Origin: an uncultured virus (IMG/VR IMGVR_UViG_3300031857_000150)
Lineage: Duplodnaviria; Heunggongvirae; Uroviricota; Caudoviricetes
Direction: 5' to 3' (one strand)
Length of the DNA: 64,000 bases
IMG/VR virus record: IMGVR_UViG_3300031857_000150
Part shown: positions 55,729 through 64,000 of the stretch, one piece after another
How positions within the stretch are numbered: position 1 is the stretch's first letter
Layout of the letters: each line of letters begins with the position of its first letter
Translations under genes and position numbers: made by a program
The notes under the pieces: generated by a model
Database searches by the model: none
The model's input: only the letters and a program-made list of their open reading frames with translations
Told to the model about the DNA's origin: nothing

Positions 55729-56865
55729 TTAACCCCTTGACAGATGATCAACTGCTAGGTCGGCTAACCCGCCGCCTGCATAGCCAGACATCAGACCACC
55801 TTCTTTGCTGCCAAATAATTTTTGCGCTCCATACAGCGCCGTGCCAACACCAGCAAGCTGCGCCATAGCTGACTGCGGCGCTTGATAGACAGCCTGCGTC
55901 GTCTGCGTCGGCACACCAGCAATCATCTCCTTGGCAAATGCCAACTGCTCGTATGGATACTTCTTCTGACGCAGGAAGTCTTCGTACTGCTGCGTAAGAC
56001 GCTGCTGCTCCAGCGCTTGATACTGCTGACCCACACTTTGCAGCGCGTTGATGATGTCCTTCTGCTGACCAAACTGTGCCTGCCCCAACCCGCCTAGCTG
56101 CTGTGCTGCTGCAAGCTGCTGCTGCAATCCTTGTAGTGCAAGCCCAGCGCCATATTGCCGCGAGGCTTCTGTCTGACGCTGTGCTTCCAGCGCACGTTGC
56201 TGTTCTGTGGAGTACAAATTCTGCGCCTGCTCGTAAGCAGCTTGCGCACCACGCGCTTGTATGTCACCTATCTGCTGACCAAGATTGCGCTGACGCTCTG
56301 CTTCCATAATGGCTTGCCGACTACCGCCAAACGCACCCGCACCTACCGCCTGTGCCTGCTGTTTCGTGCGCTCAATGTCAGACTGTCTTCTTGCCTCACG
56401 CGCCTGTATGTCCACCACGTTCTGGTAGTAGGGCGACATGTACGACTCTGCCGCACCAGGCTGCGTGAATGACCCAGTCTGGAACTGACTAGGTATGTAA
56501 TTGATGTCACCCGCCCGCAAGCCAGCAGCACCGGCAAACTGCGTAGCAGCGCCAAGCTGTTGTGCTGGTCCAAGGTTCGCAACCGCCTGCTGTGCGGTAA
56601 CTTGGAACGGATCAAACCCAGCAATACGCTCCCGCGTGTACGGCTGGTATTCCGTCTTCGATGCACGGATAGCGTTCTTGGCTATATCAATAACATCGCC
56701 CCGCACTTCCGGCGGGTAGGTGTACTGGATATTAGTGGTGTTGGCAGGCGGCGCAGAACCACCGCCACCACCACCGCCGTAAACACGACCGCCCGGCTTC
56801 AGCCTTGTCGCACTCTCGCCAATCGGCTCGCCAAACGCTTCTAACTGTCTGCGGGAATAGTTCAT
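55729..56865 (-). CDS. internal virion/ejection (pilot-like) protein
   Basis: GGGG N-terminus, YMSPY..NV, GAFGGSR, Gln-rich. Confidence 0.6.
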   Translation of the reverse strand: MNYSRRQLEAFGEPIGESATRLKPGGRVYGGGGGGGSAPPANTTNIQYTYPPEVRGDVIDIAKNAIRASKTEYQPYTRERIAGFDPFQVTAQQAVANLGPAQQLGAATQFAGAAGLRAGDINYIPSQFQTGSFTQPGAAESYMSPYYQNVVDIQAREARRQSDIERTKQQAQAVGAGAFGGSRQAIMEAERQRNLGQQIGDIQARGAQAAYEQAQNLYSTEQQRALEAQRQTEASRQYGAGLALQGLQQQLAAAQQLGGLGQAQFGQQKDIINALQSVGQQYQALEQQRLTQQYEDFLRQKKYPYEQLAFAKEMIAGVPTQTTQAVYQAPQSAMAQLAGVGTALYGAQKLFGSKEGGLMSGYAGGGLADLAVDHLSRG

Positions 56866-56867
56866 AA

Positions 56868-57326
56868 CTACCTCTGCAAAATTTTCGTATATACCTTGTC
56901 GGTATGCTTGTAATCCAAATATTCGAACAAGCGCGAATTATCGAGGTGGACTTTGGTATGCATGACGACTCTATTCACACCGATGTCTTTCAATATTTCT
57001 TCCGCGTACTTAAACATCTTGATTCCAGTGCGCCCTTTGCGGTACTCCGGTTTCAAATAATAAATATCTTCAAACGCCGTGATGCAAGTCTTGTAATGCA
57101 AGTGTGGCTGGATAATAAAAATGATGTATCCAATCAACTCCTCGCCATCCATGCAGTTGATACATATCAGCCATCCCATCTCCGCCATCTGTGCGTACCG
57201 CTCGTAATCCGGTGCCATCGGAAAATCTTTGGTTACACACAGCTCGTCGTAGTGAGCAGGAAATATGCTCTCCAACTGTTTCGCAAAATCAAACGGGTTA
57301 ACTGCTTTGTACGTTATCTCACTCAT
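56868..57326 (-). CDS. GNAT-fold acetyltransferase-like protein
   Basis: LIGY...D.YYLKPEYRKGRTG.KM...AE..LK..GV. Confidence 0.7.
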   Translation of the reverse strand: MSEITYKAVNPFDFAKQLESIFPAHYDELCVTKDFPMAPDYERYAQMAEMGWLICINCMDGEELIGYIIFIIQPHLHYKTCITAFEDIYYLKPEYRKGRTGIKMFKYAEEILKDIGVNRVVMHTKVHLDNSRLFEYLDYKHTDKVYTKILQR

Positions 57327-60300
57327 GCAGGTAGAAGACTACGAGATTTGCTATCAACAGCCACCTTGCCTTTTCCTACCGTCTTTCTTCTGCGCTTCTG
57401 AATCCTGTCCATCATGGCGTACAACTGTCGTGCTCCTGCATCTGTGGAGCCGTTGCCAAGTTCTGACACGATCCGCGCTGGGATTACAAACTCACCATCA
57501 GCAAGACGAGCAGGCTGCCGGTTGCCAATAGAAGCAGGGATAGAATCAGATACTCCATCGCCCGGTCCTTTCAGTAAACGTCCACCATCAGAGTAGTCAC
57601 CCAAGTGATACCCACCACCTGCATAACCACCCATAGCCATAGCGCGGGGCTGGTTCTGTTGCAGGTTCTGAGCCTGCGCCAACAACGCCTGCTCTTCAGG
57701 TGTCAGCGCAACTGTCTGCGTAGTCGTACCTGGCAGCACTGGTGTTGGCGGTGTGTAAGGCTGTGGTGCAGCAGCAGACTGCAAGGTTATAAGTCCCGGC
57801 GTCACGTTCGAGAACGGCGAAGCCAGCACAGCTCCTTGGCTAGGCGTAAACGTCAGACCTTGACGCAGGTCAGGCATCTTCTGCGATAGCTGCGAGTAGA
57901 GTCCGGTCAGACCTAGTTCCTTGTTCGGATCACGGTACGGGAATGCTTGACCTGTCACGTCACGGATGAAGCGGATATCCGGCGTCTCTGATGTTGGCAA
58001 GAACTGCGGACGATAGACGTTGCCTGCTATCGTCGCGATGTCCTGCTGCATCTTCTCATCCATAACTGGCCGCGCTATGCCACCACCAGTTGGGGTGTAG
58101 TTAGCGTAAGCCTGCATGTATGCTTGATCAGCAGCAATCTCTTCTGGCGTCTTGGGGCGTGGCGCTGTTGGCGCTGCTGTAAACCCAGTACCACCAGAAA
58201 TGGGCGTGGTGCTGGGCAATGTGCCTATGCCAGTGGTAGTGCTTGGCGCACCTGCGCCCGGTTGCTGCACAGCAAATCCAGAACCACCTACGCCTTGCGC
58301 TTGCGTTTCCGGTGTGTAAATGCGCTTCTCAAGATACTCCGTGCTGTTGAGCAAGTTGGTGCGCAACGCAGGAATAGCTATCTTGCCGGATACAGCAGCG
58401 TCGAATTCAGCCTTGGTTGGCTTACGCCCCAGAACATCGTTGTACACGTCTGCAATTTCAAGCGGCGCAGCGGTAGCTGGTGGCGGTTTGAGTGCAGTGT
58501 CTATCTGGCCTTGCAGGTTGAGCTGATATGAATTTTTACCGTTCCTGTCTACGTGCTGAGTTAACGCATTACGAAGGTGAGCAAATGCAGGATATGAGCC
58601 TGCGTTCGATGCTTTTAAGAAGCCAGCAAGTTCGCCGTCATCCATCTCACGACCCCAGTAGTACTTGGCCTGTGCTTGGATTTCTTCTGCGGTAAATGGC
58701 TTGCTGCGTGCTTGAGAAAGGTCTACCGCCGTTCCGTTGATTGCATCTGCAAAACCTTGAAGACTGTTGCGAACGCCAACGTACTGTTGCAATTCTGCGG
58801 CAGTTGGTTTGCGGCCAACAACTTCTTCGAATACCGATGTCACGTCGGCAGCGGTAAGGTTTCTAGCGGTGGTGTTCCAACCTTGAGTAGCTAGTGTTAC
58901 CGCGCCAATCTTGGGTGCCGGTTTTTTTCCTGCAAGTATTTCAGCAACCTGCTCTCCTGCTTTTGCTAAACCTTCTCTTGGAATTTCAAAGTTTGGCAAT
59001 CTAACAGCGGCTAGTTCTTGAGCACGCGCCAAAGGCTTCTCACCCTCTTGATATGCTTTCAGCGTATCAGCTGCAAAGCCTGCCAATCCAGAAAACTGTT
59101 CACCTTTGGCAGTCGTGTTGCCCTGTTTGTCAATGAGGCCAGCCGCCACCATGGCGTTAGCGAGTTTGATTGAATCCGCTGGCTTGGGTGTTCCTGTAAC
59201 GCCAGTCAACACCGGAGCGATGTTGGTCTGGAACATGGTTGCTTCCTGCTTCTGTGCAGTTTCAGCATCCAATTTTGCTTTAATGTCCTTGGCAAAGTCT
59301 GATCCTGCCAAGCCCGGTATGCCAGGCACAGTAGGTATGTTGTTTACAAAGTTTGCAAACAACGCATTTATTTGCCCTTCTTCGTTAGCTTGGGCTTGGG
59401 TAACGGCAGCCGCTTTTTTCGGATCGTCGAAGTTAGGATCCGTTCTCGGGATCTTGTCATAAACCGTGCTTACCGCTTGCGTCAATTCGTCTGTCTGACC
59501 CGCGATAGCGTTTTGCAGCAGCCCAACAACATCTTCAAACCCAGGCTTGGGGTTGCCTTTGGCATCAAGGTACTGCGGCAGTTGTCCACGCAACGCCAGC
59601 AGTTCGGTTCGTTCTTTTGTTAGCAGCGGCGTATACGTGGCATATACGTTTGTATTTGTCCAACCACCTTTGGGTTCGGCAACGCTGTCGATGGCAAAAG
59701 GCTTGACAGTATTGTTGATCAGCTTTTCTTGCGCAGCGTAGGCTGCTTGACCAGCTTTAATTTGTGCTTCCGTGGGGCCGCCATCTGCAAACGCCACCAC
59801 GCCACCACTTGCCATACCCGTCGTTCCGCTGTACGGAGATACTGTTGCATCCGTAGCTGGGTAGATGATGTTCTGCGCTATAGGCCGCTCTGATGGATTG
59901 GCATACGTAGGCGTGCGCTGAAACGCCATCGGATATCTGTCGTTGTCCAACATGGCGTTCTGTTGGGACATCTGCTCTACCGGCAAAGCAGCAAGACCGC
60001 CATCTGCTGCACGGAAGTAGCTACGCTCTGCGGAACTTCCCGGTGCTATTGAGCTTGGATTGTACGGGCGCACGTAGTCGAATGGCGTGTACTCGTAAGG
60101 CTCTTCTTCTGGAGGACGTGGACCCTTGGGCTTGTACGAACCAAGCGTACCAATACCGGCATACATCAGCGGTTTCTTTTGTTCAGACAAAAAGTCCGTA
60201 AATTTATCTGTGTCGCTGGTTATGTTCTGGAGGCCGCGTCCTGCCTGCGCAAACCTGTCGCTGATAGATCCGGCAACACTAGGTGCTGCTTGGGGACCAA

Positions 60301-60940
60301 CAACTGACGCTGGCGCTGCTGAACCTAAACCTTCAACACCAGTGGCTGATTGTGCATAACCCCCAAACGTGGAAGGAAGACGAGTTGCTGCTGCTGCCGG
60401 TGCAGTGGTCGTGGTAGTTGGGACAGCAATGCCACCACCTGTGGTTGCCGCCTGCAATCCTACAGGCACATTAGCTGTCGCACCCGCTGCGGCAGCGGGC
60501 GTTTGCGCGGCTGTAAAACTACTACTTAAATTATTGACAGCTTGCGTGCCAGCAGAAACCCCTTGGGAAGCAGCAGCGCCAGCCGCTGACAATCCACTAC
60601 CCAATCCTGCTCCACCGTAAGCGCCCAAGCCTGCCATCAGACCCTGTTGCAAACTGCCCGTCACAGCAGCCGTACCACCGCCGACAATCATGGAAGCCAT
60701 TAACGGTGAAAGCGCCCCGCCGGAACCAATGGTCAACGCTGCTCCAGCTAGCATCGGCAACAAAGACCGCAAGAACCCAGCCTCTGGCAGGCCAGTTTCT
60801 GGGTTAATGGTCAGACTACCGCCGTGCGCCATCGCCAGTGATTGCAGCCCACGTACCTCACCAGGCGTCATGTGGACAAGGACTTTGTCCTCGCCACGAC
60901 CAGCGCTCTGTAAGTGTTGAGCTAAAGTGTGAAGGCTCAT
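57323..60940 (-). CDS. large internal virion protein
   Basis: GRG.D..LVH...TINP.TGLPE N-terminus; GPGDG.SDSIPA...A.L.DGEFV C-terminus. Confidence 0.6.
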   Translation of the reverse strand: MSLHTLAQHLQSAGRGEDKVLVHMTPGEVRGLQSLAMAHGGSLTINPETGLPEAGFLRSLLPMLAGAALTIGSGGALSPLMASMIVGGGTAAVTGSLQQGLMAGLGAYGGAGLGSGLSAAGAAASQGVSAGTQAVNNLSSSFTAAQTPAAAAGATANVPVGLQAATTGGGIAVPTTTTTAPAAAATRLPSTFGGYAQSATGVEGLGSAAPASVVGPQAAPSVAGSISDRFAQAGRGLQNITSDTDKFTDFLSEQKKPLMYAGIGTLGSYKPKGPRPPEEEPYEYTPFDYVRPYNPSSIAPGSSAERSYFRAADGGLAALPVEQMSQQNAMLDNDRYPMAFQRTPTYANPSERPIAQNIIYPATDATVSPYSGTTGMASGGVVAFADGGPTEAQIKAGQAAYAAQEKLINNTVKPFAIDSVAEPKGGWTNTNVYATYTPLLTKERTELLALRGQLPQYLDAKGNPKPGFEDVVGLLQNAIAGQTDELTQAVSTVYDKIPRTDPNFDDPKKAAAVTQAQANEEGQINALFANFVNNIPTVPGIPGLAGSDFAKDIKAKLDAETAQKQEATMFQTNIAPVLTGVTGTPKPADSIKLANAMVAAGLIDKQGNTTAKGEQFSGLAGFAADTLKAYQEGEKPLARAQELAAVRLPNFEIPREGLAKAGEQVAEILAGKKPAPKIGAVTLATQGWNTTARNLTAADVTSVFEEVVGRKPTAAELQQYVGVRNSLQGFADAINGTAVDLSQARSKPFTAEEIQAQAKYYWGREMDDGELAGFLKASNAGSYPAFAHLRNALTQHVDRNGKNSYQLNLQGQIDTALKPPPATAAPLEIADVYNDVLGRKPTKAEFDAAVSGKIAIPALRTNLLNSTEYLEKRIYTPETQAQGVGGSGFAVQQPGAGAPSTTTGIGTLPSTTPISGGTGFTAAPTAPRPKTPEEIAADQAYMQAYANYTPTGGGIARPVMDEKMQQDIATIAGNVYRPQFLPTSETPDIRFIRDVTGQAFPYRDPNKELGLTGLYSQLSQKMPDLRQGLTFTPSQGAVLASPFSNVTPGLITLQSAAAPQPYTPPTPVLPGTTTQTVALTPEEQALLAQAQNLQQNQPRAMAMGGYAGGGYHLGDYSDGGRLLKGPGDGVSDSIPASIGNRQPARLADGEFVIPARIVSELGNGSTDAGARQLYAMMDRIQKRRRKTVGKGKVAVDSKSRSLLPA

Positions 60941-60941
60941 G

Positions 60942-61256
60942 TCAGGACACCTTTATCTTCAATACGTTAGTGGCAAGGTCATAGTAGACATCGCCTATAC
61001 GCAACTTGCCAGCAGACTCATCTGCGCTTGTTGCAAAACTGACTACTGTGTTGCCGGTTGTCGGATCGACCGTGCTGAAATTCCACGCCGCAACAACAGT
61101 GTTTCCAGTCCGTAAAGCAGAGCCAGCACTTACCCCGGCGTTGTCTAATTGCGTGAAATACAACCGCAAAATAGAATTCAACTGATCCTGATAAGTGCGA
61201 CTGTATTCTACCGGAGCAACTGGTAAAGCTGGTGATTTTGTGGTACCCGTAGACAT
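60942..61256 (-). CDS. small virion protein
   Basis: P.LP.AP.EY...Y......LRLYF. Confidence 0.55.
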   Translation of the reverse strand: MSTGTTKSPALPVAPVEYSRTYQDQLNSILRLYFTQLDNAGVSAGSALRTGNTVVAAWNFSTVDPTTGNTVVSFATSADESAGKLRIGDVYYDLATNVLKIKVS

Positions 61257-61258
61257 GC

Positions 61259-63394
61259 TTACCTCTGCCCATCTGCTCGAACATCAAGCCTTGGTACACC
61301 CAACTGCCACTGCGTACCCAGCGTATCACTGCTGATCTTGAATGCCATCTGCCGTCCGCGAATCCGCGTGTACACAATCTCCGTAAACTCCTGCACCGTG
61401 TAGTTACGCTGGTTGGCGTAAGACTGCGTGGACGTGACAGAAGCATTGGCTGAATTTGCATACGGCGCACCAGGGTTCTGCCGTGGCCGTACGCTAAACG
61501 TAACTTCCGGCTTGGTAGGCGCAGCATTATCAGATCCGTCAAACGTAATATCAGGAATCATCCGCCACACAAACCCAAAGTTGTGACCGTTACCAATATC
61601 AAAGTCTGACGATTGGATGTACGACTCTATCGGATTCACCGTGCCGTTGACTTCAACGTCATTGTTGCCGTTCTCGTGGAACACAACAGTGTGATTGTAG
61701 GTAGCCGCCATAGGATAGTTGCGCAGCGGGCTGTCGAGCCAAGCGCTGCGATCCAACGTGCCGTAGTACCAGACCTTGTCCAGATAATTGAAGATCACGT
61801 ACCGGTTTACCACCGTGCTGTCAGCAGATGGGTAGAACCACCAAATCTCGCTGTAGCCCTCATTGCTGCCGCAGAACACCTGATAGCTCTGCTCCAGATT
61901 GATATCGCCGTACACGTACTGGCGCAGCGCACATGGCAACGTTTCCACACGACCGGTGTAGACGTAGAACTTGTCTAGCCCCATCCAGTACACAATGTTG
62001 TTTGCCGCACCGATAGCATTCGGCCCGATGATCGAAATGTTATTCGACAGAATGTTGAAGCCCCATACATACGGTGGCCCCAGATACTGCATGGAATATA
62101 CCGCCGCATCTGTCAGGACTAATATCTCCTGCCGTGTCTGAATAGCAGTCACGATAGTAGATCCGCTAGACAACTGGTAACTACCGGCCTGGTTCGTAAT
62201 TGCAGGCGTCCAAGTGCTGTAGCTTTCCTGATCTGACCAGCGGATCAGCATCGGGTTCTGCTCTGAACTGCCATAGTCGTTGGCACCCATAGCAATCACA
62301 AACCGTGAGGCATCCGACACCATAACTTGCGACACCACTACAGGACAGTCTGCATCTGTCTGATAAACGCCAGACGCTGTCGGCGATAGCAGCTTGGCTG
62401 GATCATTAAACAGCAGCACGTTCGCGCCCGTGTACTGCGGTATCCACAAGTACATCGGACCATTACGTGGGTTGATGATCAGATATTCACCAAAGTTTGC
62501 CTGCGACCACAGACGCAACTGCAAACCAATACTGCTGGCAGATGACTGACCCCAGCCAGTAAATGTGTTGGCGTTGTACACCACCGTGCTGTTTGCATGG
62601 GAGGTTGCAACCGTGCCATTTGCTCCGCGTGTGGCTCCGGTAAACAGCACCGCCGTGTTGCCGGTGTAGGTGGCAAGTTCCTGCTCAATCAATACCGTGC
62701 CAGTAGCGTTCGAGAACCCCGTGGTAGACACTACAGCGATGTTGGTGTTGCTGGAGTTCAGCGATGCCGACAATGTAGTCTGCTGCGCACCTGTGACAAA
62801 GCCGCCCCACAAGCCTGTGCCCCAGCCTGTGACGTAGCTGTAGACGGCAAGACCCGCGTTGATTTGATAGGTAGCCGTAACCGTGCCGCCGCCGGTCGCA
62901 CTCGATGAAGCAGCAGTAGGAGATTGAATGGTGTACTCGCTGTTGCTAACGTAGGTGATCTGAAACTCACCGTTCAGCGTCAACCCACCTACTGCCGTGG
63001 CACCAGAAAACGTCACGAAGTCGCCGGTAATCGCACCATGATCTGCGTCTGTGACCGTGACAGTCTTGGAACTAGCAACCGTTGTGAACGGGTTTGTCAG
63101 CGTAACCGTAGCCCTGACAGGCGTGATGTCGTTGTAGACACCACCAGACTCAATGTAGTACTTCAGATTGGTGCCAACACCCAGCAGGTTATAACCCTTG
63201 AGCGTGACCCAGTTGATTAGCCCACGGGCAACACCAAGGTAAGTGTTGGGCGTAATAGGCTGCCATCCACCCAACTTCTGCGGATAGCCAGAGCGAAAGC
63301 GTATCTTGTCGCACTCGTACCAGCCGCCTTCGTTTGCAAGCGTTGTGCCCTCACGGTTGATGCCAGGGCGAAATTGTAAAAGCTGTAACGGCAT
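61259..63394 (-). CDS. tail nozzle/DNA-stabilisation (P22 gp10-like) protein
   Basis: PGI.RE.T...K.GGW; beta-propeller-like IRWSDQE, EIWWFYP and R.RGRQ. Confidence 0.65.
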   Translation of the reverse strand: MPLQLLQFRPGINREGTTLANEGGWYECDKIRFRSGYPQKLGGWQPITPNTYLGVARGLINWVTLKGYNLLGVGTNLKYYIESGGVYNDITPVRATVTLTNPFTTVASSKTVTVTDADHGAITGDFVTFSGATAVGGLTLNGEFQITYVSNSEYTIQSPTAASSSATGGGTVTATYQINAGLAVYSYVTGWGTGLWGGFVTGAQQTTLSASLNSSNTNIAVVSTTGFSNATGTVLIEQELATYTGNTAVLFTGATRGANGTVATSHANSTVVYNANTFTGWGQSSASSIGLQLRLWSQANFGEYLIINPRNGPMYLWIPQYTGANVLLFNDPAKLLSPTASGVYQTDADCPVVVSQVMVSDASRFVIAMGANDYGSSEQNPMLIRWSDQESYSTWTPAITNQAGSYQLSSGSTIVTAIQTRQEILVLTDAAVYSMQYLGPPYVWGFNILSNNISIIGPNAIGAANNIVYWMGLDKFYVYTGRVETLPCALRQYVYGDINLEQSYQVFCGSNEGYSEIWWFYPSADSTVVNRYVIFNYLDKVWYYGTLDRSAWLDSPLRNYPMAATYNHTVVFHENGNNDVEVNGTVNPIESYIQSSDFDIGNGHNFGFVWRMIPDITFDGSDNAAPTKPEVTFSVRPRQNPGAPYANSANASVTSTQSYANQRNYTVQEFTEIVYTRIRGRQMAFKISSDTLGTQWQLGVPRLDVRADGQR

Positions 63395-63396
63395 TT

Positions 63397-63858
63397 TTAC
63401 CCACCTGACTTGTACGGGCGCGTGCCCTTCTTGTCGATGATAAGCGCCATCTTCCGAGGCTTGCCGTCTGGCGCGTTCGGGATGCTGACATGCGTCCATC
63501 CACCACCACGCACCGGATCTGAAAATTCACGGATAACCTGATCGTATGGCAACGTTGACGCAATGATACGCTTGACTACTTGGTCTGGGATCATCCCAGC
63601 CACACGAATATCTGCTGCTGTACCGTGGCAATGCTGACTCGTCTTCGAGCCTCTGATAGCCGTGTTGACTTCCGGGCTGCGGTACGCAGAGTTAATACTG
63701 ATTGGCTTACCCAGCAGCGCTCGCAGCGATTCCAAGAACGCCGCCAAGCGCTTCAGGTTTAACAGGTGCTCGTTCTGCGGAGTGTTGTCTAGCTCGTGCC
63801 GTGCCGCATAGTCGCTGACCGTCATTTCCTCTAACGTGAAATTCGGCGAGAGCTTCAT
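63397..63858 (-). CDS. peptidase M15A, probable endolysin
   Basis: LS.NF.L.E...INSAYRS..VN..I.GS..SQH..G.AADI...W.HVS. Confidence 0.85.
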   Translation of the reverse strand: MKLSPNFTLEEMTVSDYAARHELDNTPQNEHLLNLKRLAAFLESLRALLGKPISINSAYRSPEVNTAIRGSKTSQHCHGTAADIRVAGMIPDQVVKRIIASTLPYDQVIREFSDPVRGGGWTHVSIPNAPDGKPRKMALIIDKKGTRPYKSGG

Positions 63859-64000
63859 TTCTTCATCAGCTCCTTGGTCTTGTCCTTGCTGCTCTGGCTA
63901 GAACCAAAGAAGAAGTTCAGGATGGTAGCCACCACCGTACCAAGAATGAAGCCGAGAACCGTATCGACGAAGCGGATGTTCTTCTCCGGGATATCGGCGA
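63846..64000 (+). repeat. terminal redundancy with bases 1-155
   Basis: Identical to 1-99, then 7 mismatches, all at third codon positions. Confidence 0.95.

Overview
The window is essentially a complete ~63.8 kb circularly permuted tailed dsDNA phage genome. Bases 1-99 recur exactly at 63846-63944, followed by a synonymous-variant copy. It is podovirus-like: there is no tape measure protein, and it has large internal/ejection proteins. No integrase, DNA polymerase, tRNA or CRISPR array was recognised. The minus-strand morphogenesis arm (26157->1, continuing 63858->48335) carries TerS, a LexA-like HTH, TerL, portal, GroES, scaffold, major capsid, small basic proteins, head-tail/tail proteins, Gly-rich fibres, a 2OG-Fe(II) oxygenase, lysis genes, ejection proteins and a 1977-aa polyvalent protein. 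A plus-strand early array of small genes (26399-29742) is punctuated by a repeated TAGGAGATCAGACG-start element. A minus-strand primase/helicase/ParB block (29.7-34.8 kb) is followed by a ~1.1 kb largely non-coding control region (34.85-35.95 kb) containing several structured-RNA candidates. A plus-strand recombination block leads into a sugar-modification island: four glycosyltransferases plus RfbH/DdhC, a ThDP enzyme and an SDR, resembling a branched-chain 3,6-dideoxysugar pathway. The best candidates for undescribed biology are the structured-RNA cluster, the branched-sugar glycosylation island, the repeat-delimited gene-cassette array, and a shared hydrophobic-[AK]-x-GG motif in putative internal virion proteins. 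All functional calls come from motif recognition by eye, not from database searches.
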